From positions 74,834,001 to 74,898,000 of the forward strand of contig OX597815.1 of assembly GCA_951406725.2 (NCBI GenBank): DNA of 64,000 bases, given 5' to 3'. The position numbers and the translations under genes are program-made. The notes below the pieces were generated by a model that was given only the letters and a program-made list of their open reading frames with translations, was not told the origin of the DNA and searched no databases. This DNA comes from Octopus vulgaris. Its lineage: Eukaryota. Of the stretch, positions 12,553-26,075 are shown piece by piece. Position 1 is the first letter of the stretch. Each line of letters starts with the position of its first letter.

Positions 12553-13900
12553 TAAACACAACAGATTAGATTGTTGGAAAAGAAAAGTTCCTAACATCGG
12601 GCTACAACAAGTAACCTTAGATGCTAAGAACTCTCCTAAGTAACCTAGCTGTCCCTAATAACACTCTTTTCTGCAGCTGTATTATTTCCTCTATCCATCT
12701 GTTCAAATCTTTAGGGTTAGTTCCTGATACGCCTATAACTACTGGGATACATTTTACCCGTCTCGGTAATTCAATGGTTAGGTTCTGTTACTTTGCTATT
12801 TTCCTATACCTCCCATATTGATTTTTTTTTCAGCATTTGGGACTGTAAAGTCAATTATCTGGCACTTTCTATTCTCTTTATCTACTACTACTAAACCAGG
12901 CCTTCTAGATTCTATTTCTCTGTCAGTTAAAATCTCACATCTTATATTTCTTATTTTCTAGTACTTTACTAGATTCATGTTCATATCATTTATCAGTATA
13001 ACCAAATCCTAACTTTCTACGTAGCTTCCAGTGGATTGTTCTCCCTAGGCTGTCATGTCTTTTCTTGTATTCTCTACCAGCATGCTACATCCACTTACTA
13101 TATGAGTGACACATTCTACATTGAGAACCTACTTGGGTTTTGTATACCTTGGCGTTTATCCAATTAGCCTTTAGTGCTTGATCTTGTGCTGCTACTGACA
13201 AATTTTCTGTCTCCCTCATTCTGAAACCATAACCATCTCTCACTACAACTATTTGTTAAAGCTATCTTTAGGAATCTACCATACAAAGACTTCTCCTGCC
13301 AGTCAAATAACTTTTGTTCTTTCTTTTTGGTTTTTAACTTCGTCTGGCGTTTTGGTTACCTATGTCTTGCTGTGAGCAGCTCTTAATAAACTTTCTTCAC
13401 TATTACCCACAAAAAAGTCTATATTTATTCTAGCTAACTCCACACAGTCTTCTGCTGATATTAAGCCTCTTCCACCTTCCTTTCTAGGTAAGTATAATCT
13501 TGCTACTCCTGCTCTTGGGTAATGTCCTCCATTCATATTGAATTCCTTCCTAGTTCTTCTGTCTAACTTTTCTAATTCAGCTTTTGTCCAATCTAAGTAA
13601 TGATACTGCTCATTATCTAAGTAATGGTACTACCCAAGTATTTACAGCCTCCACTAGATTCGAACCATTTAGCTTTGACTTCATTAGCTTCCTCGCCATT
13701 CTGATGTACCTTCTCAGTTTTCGTTTTCATTTCTTCAGTTATCACTCTGTCAGCTTCTAATACTCCTAGATACTTATAACTAATTCCTTCTTTCAATGAT
13801 TTTAATGTGTGGCCATTTGGTAATTGGATGCCTTCACTGTTGACTACCTGTCCCCTTTTCATGACTAATTTTGTACAGTTATGTATGCCAAATTCCATAC
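12553..13900 (-). pseudogene. Degraded R4-clade LINE (RT C-terminal part to endonuclease); related 3' fragment at ~20915-21205
   Basis: ORF 13617-13898 MEFG..C.KLVMKRG...YKYLGVLEAD; downstream remnants include the ARLYLPRKEGGRGL motif. Confidence 0.8.
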
Positions 13901-13981
13901 TTAATGACTAATACGGCACTCTTATCTATGCCTAATGACTAATATTGCACACTGATCTAGGCCAAATCCTTATTATTATTA

Positions 13982-14054
<73 letters not shown>

Positions 14055-14076
14055 CATTATTATTACTATTATTATT

Positions 14077-14126
<50 letters not shown>

Positions 14127-14824
14127 TCAGTAGTCTTATTTTTAGTACATGCTTTCACTGCACTACCGAGTGCAGCTCTGTGTGCCTTGGGTATATGCTG
14201 TGGTTTGTTGTGATGCTATTATTATTATTATTATTATTATAATTATTATTATTATTATTATTATTATTATTTAAAGACTATAAAGAGCGTAGTGCCAGGA
14301 GTGCTATAATGCACAAATCGTAAGTGGTCTAGTGCAATACACACTCTATATGATATAGCGATATAGCAGTGTCCAAGTTGTCCAATTTTTTATGAGTCAG
14401 TAAAAAAAAACAGATACTCATATGCTATGCAATAGAGTGGGTAATTTATTTCATTAAACTATATTTGTATGTGTTTGTGTGCTTGCATATGTGTGTGTGC
14501 GTGCATGTGTGTGTGCGTGTGTGTGTGTATGTGTTCATGTGTTAAATGAATGACAAGGGAACAGGAGTGACATAATCAACTCTATTTATTTAGCTCTATT
14601 CATACAGTTCTTTCTGTTATTAGGAGCAGAGTACTGAGAGCTAAGCGCGCTGCTTCTTAAAAGAGAAACTGTTGTTAGCTAATGAACGTATTATGTCATT
14701 TCTACTTCCTTTTCATTTAGTTACTACTTATTATGCTCTGTACTCACCTAGCGCTTTATTCTGAAACATATGTATAATAAATTCTATCAACTGGTACTGG
14801 TACTGCTATGGATGAACTAAATAT

Positions 14825-14899
<75 letters not shown>

Positions 14900-14900
<1 letters not shown>

Positions 14901-15420
14901 AAATAAGCAACAAGGATATCCAAAGTTAATGCAGTACGATCGTTTCATGCAATCATTACATCAATTTAAAATGCAGAGCAATCTTCAGCTGCACAAAGAC
15001 ATAGAATTTAGTTAAATTAGAACAAATGGACACATTAGTATAACATGCTGTCTCATTCCAGTTTAGAAGTTACTCTAAGTAATGATATTGCCCAAGTATT
15101 TACAGCCTTCACTAGATTCGGACCATTTAGCTTTGACTTTATTAGCCTCCTCGCCATTTTGATGTATTCCGTCTCAGTTTTCGTAACTTCCAAACTGGAG
15201 TGAGACAGCATTTTCTTTGTCTATCTCCTTAACTTTTTGGAGATTTTAGGTATAATTATAGTAATGTGTCCATCTATTCTAATTTAATTAAATTCTGTTT
15301 TTGTGCAGCTGAAGATTGCTCTGCATTTTAAATTGATGTAATGTTTGCATAGTTCAATTAAATGGAGTTGCATGAAACAATCGTACTGCACTACCTCTGG
15401 ATATCCTTGTTGCTTATTTT
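14900..15420. repeat. Fold-back repeat whose loop is an R4 LINE fragment
   Basis: Arms 14900-15073 and 15183-15420; loop 15074-15182 matches 13616-13724. Confidence 0.8.
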
Positions 15421-15540
15421 TATTTAAATTTCCTTACTTGAAATTGTATGGATAATACCGTACTAAATTCTGGTGCCTCAACTTAAGTACCATATTCATC
15501 TGAATCTAAATTTTTACTGAACTCATCTATCATACCCAAA

Positions 15541-15592
<52 letters not shown>

Positions 15593-15649
15593 AATAGTAA
15601 AAGTGTATGTATATATGTATGTATGTATGTATGTATTCCTTTATATATA

Positions 15650-15699
<50 letters not shown>

Positions 15700-16435
15700 C
15701 AAAATGGGACAAGAACGCAAAACATCCGGACAACCAGGTAATACAAGAAGGGACAACAAAACATCCAGATAGACGATACAAAAAAACAAGCCTTTTATCC
15801 TCATTCAAGAACCGGATCATCCTCGCAATTTCGGCTGATTAATCTTGAGATTGCTCCAATCTAGCCAGTCTCAAGGAAAAACTAAGCTAAGAGCATTAGG
15901 TTCCTGGGAAAAAAAAGCATCGAATGTATTCGAAAACAAGGACGGAAAAACAGACGATGTTACACGAATATAAACACAAAAATACAATAAATATACAATA
16001 AATACAATAATACAATAATAATAATAATAATAACAGGACATAACAACAGGCGTCTTTCGACTGGGGACGAATTGAATTCAGCTGGCGTGTGTGGAAATGA
16101 AGCCTTACAGCAGAGAAACAAAACTTTCACGAACACGGGGGAGAATATCGATATAGCAGTGACCGCGGTCAGATGCAAAAGGACTTGCTGTCTGGCCACT
16201 CGGTCACGTGAGAAGAGAAGAGAGAGAAAAAGAGGAACAAAAGAATTCAGGAGGGGGATGAGAAGAGAGAGAGAGAGCGGGATTGCGTGTTTCAGTCATT
16301 GGACAGCGGCCATGCTAGGACACTGCCTTGAAATTTTAGTAGAATGAATCTATACCAGTACTTATTTTTAAAGCCTAGTACTTGTTCTATTGGTCTCTTT
16401 TTCCGAACTGCTAAGTTACGGGGATGCAAACACCA

Positions 16436-16520
<85 letters not shown>

Positions 16521-16756
16521 ACGGGTTTCTTTCAGTTTCCTATCTATGAAATCCGCACTCAAGGTTTTGGTCATCTCGAAGCTATAGTAAAAAAGCACTT
16601 TCTGAAAGTGCCACGCAGCAGGGCTGAACTGAGAACCATGTGGTTGGGATGTAGGCTTCATACCACACAGTCATGCTTGCGCATATACATACATACATAC
16701 ATACATACATACATACATAATACATACATACATACATACATACATACATACATACA

Positions 16757-16789
<33 letters not shown>

Positions 16790-16812
16790 GTATGTGTGTG
16801 CGTGTGTATGTG

Positions 16813-16847
<35 letters not shown>

Positions 16848-17101
16848 ATTCTCGGTACTATGGACCTCCATATAACGGATTTCGGAAGTAGCGGATAAAA
16901 TCACAGCATATCAACAATACATCTTTACCAACCATTTTTTTATAACCTCCAAGGTTTTTCTCGTCGTTTTTAAGTACTTATACCGTAAACAGTATTGGCC
17001 AAAACTGATACTGAGTTGGGGAAGAGGGTTTGAAAAAGTTCATAAATTTTCACATTTTTTTTACACCTGAAAGACGTCTCCCATTGTTTTTAAGTATATA
17101 C

Positions 17102-17518
17102 TCTTTACTCTTTTACTCTTTTACTTGTTTCAGTCATTTGACTGTGGCCATGCTGGTGCACTGCCTTTAGTCGAGCAAATCGACCCCGGGACTTATTCTT
17201 TGTAAGCCCAGTACTTATTCTATCGGTCTCTTTTAACGAACCGCTAAGTGACGGGGACGTAAACACACCAGCATCGGTTGTCAAGCAATGCTAGGGGGGC
17301 AAACACTCACACACAAACACACACACATACACATATATACATATATATATACATATATACGACAGGCTTCTTTCAGTTTCCGTCTACCAAATCCTCTCAC
17401 AAGGCATTGGTCGGCCCGGGGCTATAGCAGAAGACACTTGCCCAAGATGCCACGCAGTGGGACTGAACCCGGAACCATGTGGTTAGCAAGCTACTTACCA
17501 CGCAGCCACTCCTGCGCC
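17102..17518 (-). mobile_element. tRNA-derived CORE-type SINE (other copies ~10345-10915, 16285-16685, 26165-26475, 29713-29880, 37262-37668, 40228-40745, 42105-42270)
   Basis: Head ggcgcaggagtggctg.gtggtaag...gggttcagtccc; CORE-like ggca.cttgggcaagtgtctt; internal microsatellite; tail ...atgactgaaacaagtaaaagagtaaa. Confidence 0.85.
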
Positions 17519-17973
17519 TGTGAAAAAAAATGGACAAAATAGTTCCGAAAGTGGGAACTCTCAGTTCCCAATTTCAAAAATATTTCCCGTAAAATCTTTC
17601 CACTCATCATCTGCAAAGAAAAAGAAAACTGAAAACGGAGTAAATCCAACTTATGTGGGTGTGCTATTCCGAAAGTCCACCAGGGCATTCTATTGTGAAA
17701 ATAATCTAGCAACGATGGGATATTCAGCTAGTATAATATATATAAGATCTATATAATATAAATAATATATATATGATCTATGTAATACACATTGTATACA
17801 TATATATACATATGCATATATATGCACACACACACACACATATACATATAGATACATATGTGTGAATATGCATGTGTGTGTGTGTTTGTGTGGTACTTAC
17901 ACTTTGAAACACTCGGCCCTTGAATCATTTTGTAACTTATGCCGAGTAAAATGAATAAATAAATAAATGAATT

Positions 17974-18004
<31 letters not shown>

Positions 18005-18114
18005 ATACATACATACATACATACACACACATAAAATGTAATTACATTACATATATATGTACATACATATATACATGTGTATGTATATATATATGTATAT
18101 ATATATATACATAC

Positions 18115-18165
<51 letters not shown>

Positions 18166-18284
18166 TTACAAGTGCCATGCACTTGAAACTCTCGATCCTT
18201 GAATCATTTTGTAAATTCTGCCGAGTAAAATAAATAAATAAATAAAATAATAAATTTACAACAGTTGTATTTTAAATTAATTTA

Positions 18285-19532
18285 ACAAACGATCGTTTTT
18301 TTTTAATTCTTTTTTTATTTATTCCTTTCGCAATGAGAGTCAATAACTAGGCTCATATGCGTCATATCCTGCTTTATGACTTTGAGAAAAGTCACACTAT
18401 CGTTAAGTATTTCACGATCTCAGCGCTCTCTTCAGTGACGGAATATCGGTGAAAGACAAGTTAGAAGATGGTTTTAGTGTTTCAAATCCGGCAACAAAAG
18501 CTTAGAAGATGAGAAAGGTAGAGGTCGTTCATCTGATTTTGATCATCAAGCTCTTTTACAAGCGGTGAAAGTAGATAAAATTTTATCGACACAAATGCTG
18601 GCTCAACAATTCGAAGTCGATCATTCCACCATTGTTAGGCGACTCAAAAAGCTTGGGAAAATATGGAAAGTGGCTGGATGGGATCCGCATGTCATTTCCG
18701 ATCACAAGGCCGAGCGAGTCCGCGTTTTCAACCAGCTACTTCAGCGAAATAAACAAAATCTCCAGTTTCTTGTCACTAGCGATGAGTCGTGCTTACTCTT
18801 CAGGGACACTAAATGAAAAAAAAAAAAAAAGAGTGCATTAACCGCAACCGATCTCCCAAAAGAATTCCAAAATACTTTTACCACGAGAAGGCCATAAGGT
18901 GTGCATGGTCGGATCGTTCTGGGATTATTCACTGGGAAATCATCGCGCAAGTTCGTCAACAATGTTTCTGTTATTGGTGAGATGAAAACGATAAGAGATG
19001 TGAATAGCCTATTACTGACAGAAATGGGGAAAAAATCAGCACTGCACCAACAGTGACGATTATTTGGCTCAACTCGACCGCTTGGAAGCTGCTATCAAAG
19101 CCAAACGTCCTCAAAAGAAGAATAACATCGTTTTTCACTATGACAACGCGAGACAAGATGTCAAACGGCGGGTAAATCAAGCAATCAAAGACAAGAGATG
19201 AGAGCTACCTGAGCACCCACTATATTCTCCCACTGAAGTTCCTGCAGACTATTACGTCAATCGTCCGTTAAAAAAATTGGAAGGCAGGTAAAGTCTACAA
19301 GGATTTGGGTGGTCTTGTAGGTGACGTTCACACGGGGATTGTGTCCACAGATCGTCAATGTTTTACGCGTAGAATCGACCGTTTGCTAAGCAAATAGGAA
19401 GTAGTTATTGAAGTAGATGGTGACTACGCTCCAGAATAATCATTTAAAAATATCTTTACCGTACTTTGATGTCTTATTTTCGAATAAATCTAGAATTTAA
19501 AAAACGGTCGTTAATTATGCACCAATCCAATA
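18285..19532 (+). mobile_element. Degraded mariner (Tc1/mariner) transposon
   Basis: Transposase remnants from ATG 18333: HILLYDF, W.PH, LVTSDES, FHYDNAR, HPLYSP..P.DY. 3' TIR-like end aaacggtcgttaattatgcaccaatccaa + TA. Confidence 0.88.
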
Positions 19533-19555
19533 TGTGGGGGGATGAGTACACTGTT

Positions 19556-19835
19556 ACTAGTTTTAGATCAAGGGCTGTGGTCATGCTAGATAACCGCCAA
19601 CTGGTGTTGCTACACTTTCATTCATCCTCCATTAATAATTGGAATTTAGTGAACGAAAAAGTTTGCTTCTACTCTCATTCTCACTTCATGCCATGAAGTT
19701 GGCTCATCTGAGACTATTGACAGTAGGAGATCCAATTTAGTTTTGAAGACGTCTACATTCACAACATGTGGGTCTCTCAGCTCCTTTGGGAAGATATTGA
19801 AGAGCTGTGGACCATTGAATGCCAAATTATTACAC
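19556..19835 (-). mobile_element. CR1/L2-like LINE 3' fragment
   Basis: GPQLFN..PKELRD...FKTKLD, homologous to 46565-47128. Confidence 0.75.
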
Positions 19836-20088
19836 ACATACTAACATTTACATATAATAACACGCATAAAAACCGAGATTACAATTCGACAATATAAAAA
19901 AATATCAGTAAGAAATTACATGTCCCCGAAGTTTCAAAAAACTTCCCACATAATTTTCTAAAATAAAGCCACACATAAAAAACGCACTCATACATTTCTG
20001 CAAAGAAGATAGAGGAACGAACTGGTTTAGAATTCCTTTTGCACACTTTATAATGCACACCAGCATATTCTAATAAATACAAATAACA

Positions 20089-20163
<75 letters not shown>

Positions 20164-20558
20164 GGCGGCGAGCTGGCAGAGTCGTTAGCACGTCGGAAGA
20201 AATGCATAGCAGCATTTCGTCCCGTCTTTATGTTCTGAGTTCAAATTCCGCTGAGGACGACTTTGCCTTTCATCCTTTCGGGGTCGATAAATTAAGTACC
20301 AGTTAAGCACTGGGGTCGATGTAATCGACTTAATCCGTTTGTCTGTCCTTGTTTGTCCTCTCTGTGTTTAGCCCCTTGTGGGTAGTAAAGAAATAGGTAT
20401 TTCGTCTGCTGCTACGTTTTGAGTTCAAATTCCACCGAGATCGACTTTGTCGTTCATCCTTTCGGGGACGATAAATTAACTACCAGTTGCATAATGAGGC
20501 TGATCTAACCGACTGGCCCCTCCCCCAAAATTTCAGGCCATGTGCTATAGTAAAAACG

Positions 20559-20624
<66 letters not shown>

Positions 20625-20634
20625 ATTATTATTA

Positions 20635-20673
<39 letters not shown>

Positions 20674-21429
20674 GCACGCCGGAAGAAATGCATAGCAGCA
20701 TTTCGTCCTGTCTTTATGTTCTGAATTGAAATTCCGCTGAGGTCTACATTGCCTTTCATCCTTTCGAGGTCGATAAAATAAGTACCAGTTGAACACTGGA
20801 GTGGATGTAATCCCCCAAAATTGTTGCCTTTGTGAAAAAATTTGAAACCATTATTACTACTACTATCATTATTATTATTGTTGTTGTTGTTGTTGTTGTT
20901 GTTGTTTTCATTTGCGCACAACAGGTTAGACTGTTGGGAAAAAAGGAGTCCTAACATTGGGCTACAAGAAGTAACTTTAGATGCCAAGAACACTCCTTAG
21001 TATCCTAGCTGTCACTATAACACTATTTTCTGCAGCTGTACTAAACTGAGTGTTATGTCTATTTCCTCTATCCATCTGTTCAAATTTCTAGGGATAGTTT
21101 CCAATGTACTTATAACTACTGGGATACATTTTACAAGCCCTTTCCATAATCTCTAATCTCTGGCACTTTGCTATATTTTCTATACCTCTCATGTTGATTT
21201 TTTATCGTTGGACTACCGTGATGCTGGTTTAAAAGAGAGAGATTATGATTGTGATAAAATAATGAAAGCAATATTTACTAAGCAAGTGAAATATACAAAG
21301 AAATAATTAGACATAAAATATAAAAATTCTTAGAATTGGGAATCAAATGTGAAAATATTATCAAGGAGCTGGCATAAAACCGCCCGAGGGTGGTCTTTCT
21401 GCTAGTTTATATTAATAAGTTCAACTTTC

Positions 21430-21754
21430 ACAGAGTACAAACGACAGAGAAAAGGGTGGAAGAAAGGTGTTATAAATCCAACAGCTGTTTCTGGGGGCTC
21501 GGCGATTCGTAATAATGTCGGTAAATTTAGTTCATCATAATCTGTGGCTGTATGGATGCAATTAACACTGGATAAGACGAGCTCCTGATTATAGAGGCTC
21601 GTCTTATCCAATATTAATTGAGTCCATACGGCCGCATATTGTGATGAACTATATCTACCAACATTATTATGGATCGCTGGTCCCCCAAAAGCAACTGTTG
21701 GACTTGTAGTACCTTTCTTCTATCCCTTTAACTTTCTCTGTCGTCTGTACTCTG

Positions 21755-21755
<1 letters not shown>
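21430..21755. repeat. Long fold-back hairpin (~155-bp arms, ~14-nt loop)
   Basis: 21430-21582 is the reverse complement of 21597-21755 with scattered transitions; carries aacagctgtttc, the 3' half of a hammerhead on the minus strand. Confidence 0.9.
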
Positions 21756-21794
<39 letters not shown>

Positions 21795-21797
21795 TAT

Positions 21798-21837
<40 letters not shown>

Positions 21838-24364
21838 CGATCAATCATGCAGGAGGATCAGTAAATTATGATTTTACTCAACATATTTCCCTCTCAATTT
21901 TCAGCGGGCCTTCAGTTTTTCTGAGCCCTGTAAAAGAACATTTCGTTATTGGTCTACCCCTTGGTCTTCTTGGCGCTTGGCTCGGATCGTAGAAGCTGTC
22001 TTGAGATTCTTTCTTGCAGGTGGTGCTCCAACATGGCCGCAGTCAAATGTCTGAAACAAGTAACAGAGTAAAAGAATAAAACATTTCTAACTTTATGTCT
22101 ATAGTACCGAAACTGTGACCTCCCAGTGCAGAAACGTAGCGACTCTACCTGATACCTCTTTCCAACTTTAATTATAAGCGGGTATTGATGGCAATTTCTT
22201 ATCTACTTCTTTTCATAAAAAAAAGAAAATGAATATTCTCTAACCGTCACACCCACCCAGCATTTCTTCCGACTCTACGTTCTGAGTTCAAATTCTACCG
22301 GGATCGACTTTACGTTTCATCCCTTCGGGATCAACAAAATAAAGTACCATTCATGTACTGGGGTTGATAATACCGACTATTTCCTTTTCCCTCAAAACTA
22401 TTGGTCTTTTGCCTAAATCAGAAGCCATTATTATTAATGTTGTTGGGTAATAGGTCGGCCGAATCGTTATCTCATCGGATGAAATGCTTTACAGCATTTG
22501 TTCCAGTGTTCAAAACTCGCCGGGATCAATTTTGCCTTTCATCGTTTCAAGAACTATAATATATAGTACCTGTCAAATACTGGAGTTGATTTAATCGAGT
22601 AATCCCTTCCTTCAAAATTTCTGGTCTTGTGCCTACGTGAGAAATTAATTAGGCAGAATTATTAGAGCGTCGGACCAAGTGCTTTGCTTTTTTTTCCAAA
22701 TGTACGTTCTTGGTCCAAAGCTTGCCGTGGTCAACTTTGCTTTTCGTCCTTTTAGCGTCAATGAAATATGCTAATCATATACAGAAACAATTTACTAGAC
22801 TGATCCCGTTTCTAAAAATTCAGACCTTGCACCTATATTAAAAGCAATAATTATTGCTGTTGATGTAGAACTAAAATTACAGAAACGGTAGATTGCCTTG
22901 CAGCTTTTCGTTACATTCCATTAGGTTCTGAATCCAAGCCTTGTCAAGGTCATCTTCGTCTTTCATCCTTCCAGAGTCAATAAAACAGGCGCCAATCTTG
23001 CACTGGAGTAAGTATAATCGAGTATACCAATCTTCAGAATGTATGGACTTAGTACCAGTTAAGCACTGGGATGTAATCAACTAACACATTCTGCCCCGCA
23101 AAGTTCAGGCCTTGTGCTTATAATACAAAGTATTATTATTGTTGTTAGGTGGCGTTTCTTCCTACTTTACTTTCTAAGTTCAAATTTCGACGAGGTAGAC
23201 ATAACTTTTCGTCTTTTCGGGGTCGATGGAGTATCATTCAAGTGCAGTGATCCATATAATCGACTAGGCCTTTCCCATCAAATTTCAGGCCTTAATTCAA
23301 TAGTTGAAAGGATTATTTTTAGGGCGGGAAGCTGGCAGAACCATTAGCACGTCGGACAAAATACACGGTGACATTTCTTCCTGTTCGTTACGTTCTGTGT
23401 TCAAATTCTGTTGAGGTCGATTTTCCCTTTAGCCCTTTCGACTCGATAGAATAAAATAACTATCAAGTACTGGAATCGATGTAATCGACATATTTTCTGC
23501 CCCCTAAAAATTGCTGGCCTTGTTCCAAAATTAGAAGGAAAAAAATTATTATAATAAATGCTAATAAATTAGATATAGGTTGCTCATAAGTATAATGTTC
23601 AAAACTACAAATATTGTTTTACTATAGTCAATTCTGATGAACTTGTACTTGACCAATATTTATGTTATTGGCATTATTAAAATAAATATATATAAAATTC
23701 GGCGCTGTTAGAGTTTGAGCACAAAATGTAAAAAGTCGTAACTATGTGCAGTAATTTTTTTCGTTCGACATTACCAATGATACATCTAGTCATAATAACG
23801 GTTTCTATAAGGCGGCATGCTGGCAGAACCGTTAGCACGCCGGGTGAAATGCTTAGCAGTATTTCGTCTGTGTTTACGTTTTGAGTTCAAATTATGTCGA
23901 GGTTGACTTTACCTTTCATCCTTTCGAGGTCGACAAAATAAGTACCAGTTGCGTACTGGGGTCGATCTAATCGACTGCCCCCCCCCCTTCCCCCAAAATT
24001 TCGGGCCTTGTGCCTAAAGTAGAAAAGAAAAGAATAATGCTTTCTATTTCAGGCACAAGGCCTGAAAATTCAGGGGAAGAGAGGTGCTTATTCTATCGTC
24101 ACCGAAAGAGTGAAAGGGAAAGTCGACCTCAACGGAATTTGAAATCTACAATCGTAATAATGCTTACTGCTTTTCATTAACATTATAACAAAAGTCTCTT
24201 CTTTTTTTTTTCATACAACTCTATTACTTCCTTGATTTATTCATGACAATTATTAACTACCATGTGATTAATGACAAGCTTCAGCTAATGATCTATTATC
24301 CGGCACAAGCTACGGTGATATTCAATTAAAAATTTTTCCTACTTTCGAATTCAAACAAACTGTA

Positions 24365-24490
24365 CTTTACTCACGCCAGTCATTGCTGGGAATTCTTTTT
24401 TCAATTCTTTTACAGGAAAAAAAACTTCCTGCGAAAATGAAGCTTGTTTTCACTATAAAAGAGAGAATTGTCTAACAAATAGTATCATTT
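24365..24490 (+). promoter_or_regulatory. Core promoter of the secreted-protein gene: TATA box + Inr with upstream STAT/NF-kB-like motifs
   Basis: TATAAAAG 24454-24461; TCATTT 24485-24490; CTGGGAATTC 24386-24395; TTACAGGAA 24410-24418; TTCCTGCGAA 24426-24435; no ATG between the Inr and 24643. Confidence 0.6.
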
Positions 24491-24642
24491 TGTTTTAGTC
24501 GACGTAACTGAAAGTTGCAAAGTCTTTGGTAGAATTAACTCTGCTAGAGCGAGAAGATAACCAATACATATCTAATTGCTACAATCAAGATTGTCAACGA
24601 TATTAGACTGATATTTTAACATATTTAGTTTAAATTGAAAAC

Positions 24643-24646
24643 ATGG
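24643..24646 (+). CDS. Coding part of exon 1 (ATG G) of a putative secreted four-helix cytokine-like protein
   Basis: aaaacATGG|gtatgt: good start context and a phase-1 donor; G plus the AA of exon 2 gives Glu and keeps the frame. Confidence 0.62.
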
Positions 24647-25377
24647 GTATGTATAGGAATTCTTTTATTGCTGTTTTTTTTCTGTATTATGCATAAAATC
24701 ATCCAGATGAAACCAAATACCGTTATATAGTCACAAAACCGCAAATAATTAGTAAATTAACTTGTAATTATTTCATCGAGGGACAAGATCAAAGTCAACC
24801 CTGGAGAGATTTGAACTCAGAAGGTAATGGGTGTAACTAAATACTGTATGTCCTTTTAGTGCGACACAACTGTATCTCCTCTCCGCTAATTCTGCTAAAA
24901 CTAATATATTGGTTTCAAATATTGGCACAAAGCCAGCAATTTCGGGGGAGAGATTAAGTCAATTACATCAACCCTGGTACTCAACTGGTACTTATTTTAT
25001 CGACCCTGAAAAGATGAAAGATAAAGTCGACCTCGACGGCATTTGAACTCAGAAAGTAAAGACAGACGAAAGGCTGCTAAACATTTTGCCCTGCGTGGTA
25101 ACGATTCTGCCAGCTCGCCGCTTTTACGAAGAGTAATACGAAGAGTGGCTGTTAGTTTTATTAATAATCAGAGGTTTATATATTTACTATGGTATGATAA
25201 TAATGTCTTTTTGTGTATTTATTTTTGATTTGGCAAATTCGGTATAACGTGAGATTTTTAAATCCTTTCCTTACTTTTAAGGAAGATATAGAATGTATAA
25301 AATTTGTGTACATAATGTGAAAATTGGCAAAAAAAAAAGAGGGCACACGATACAAAAAAAATTATGAGTAATGTTAT

Positions 25378-25460
25378 CTGTATATATAAAGATGAGAAAG
25401 TGTATCTGTCTGTCTGTGTGAATCCCTAAATTCTGAGAACTACACAACCAATTTCATTCA
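25378..25460 (+). mobile_element. Helitron 5'-end fragment, same family as 415-1196
   Basis: tctgtatatataaagatgagaaagtgtatctgtctgtctgtgtg...aactacacaaccaatttcattca. Confidence 0.65.
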
Positions 25461-25606
25461 TGCGAGCCCACAGTAATATCATATCTCCACTATTTGAGTA
25501 TCCGTGTCAAAAGTGAATCAATAACATCTCTCTATAGTAATGTCAGATATTTTCACTTTAATTGTTTCACTTTAATACTGAAACTATTATCTCACATATA
25601 TACAGG

Positions 25607-25722
<116 letters not shown>

Positions 25723-25859
25723 TCTGCACAAATGCATATATATATATATTTTTTATTTTTTTATTTTATTTTTATTTTATCTAGTTTCAGCTCACGAGCT
25801 GTGGCCATGCTGGGGCACCGCCATTTATATATATATATATACATGCATACATATATATA

Positions 25860-25924
<65 letters not shown>

Positions 25925-26023
25925 GTATACATATAGATGTATATATATATACATAGATATATATATAGATATATATGTATACATGTATATGTATAGCTGT
26001 ATATGTATAGATATATATGTATA

Positions 26024-26075
<52 letters not shown>

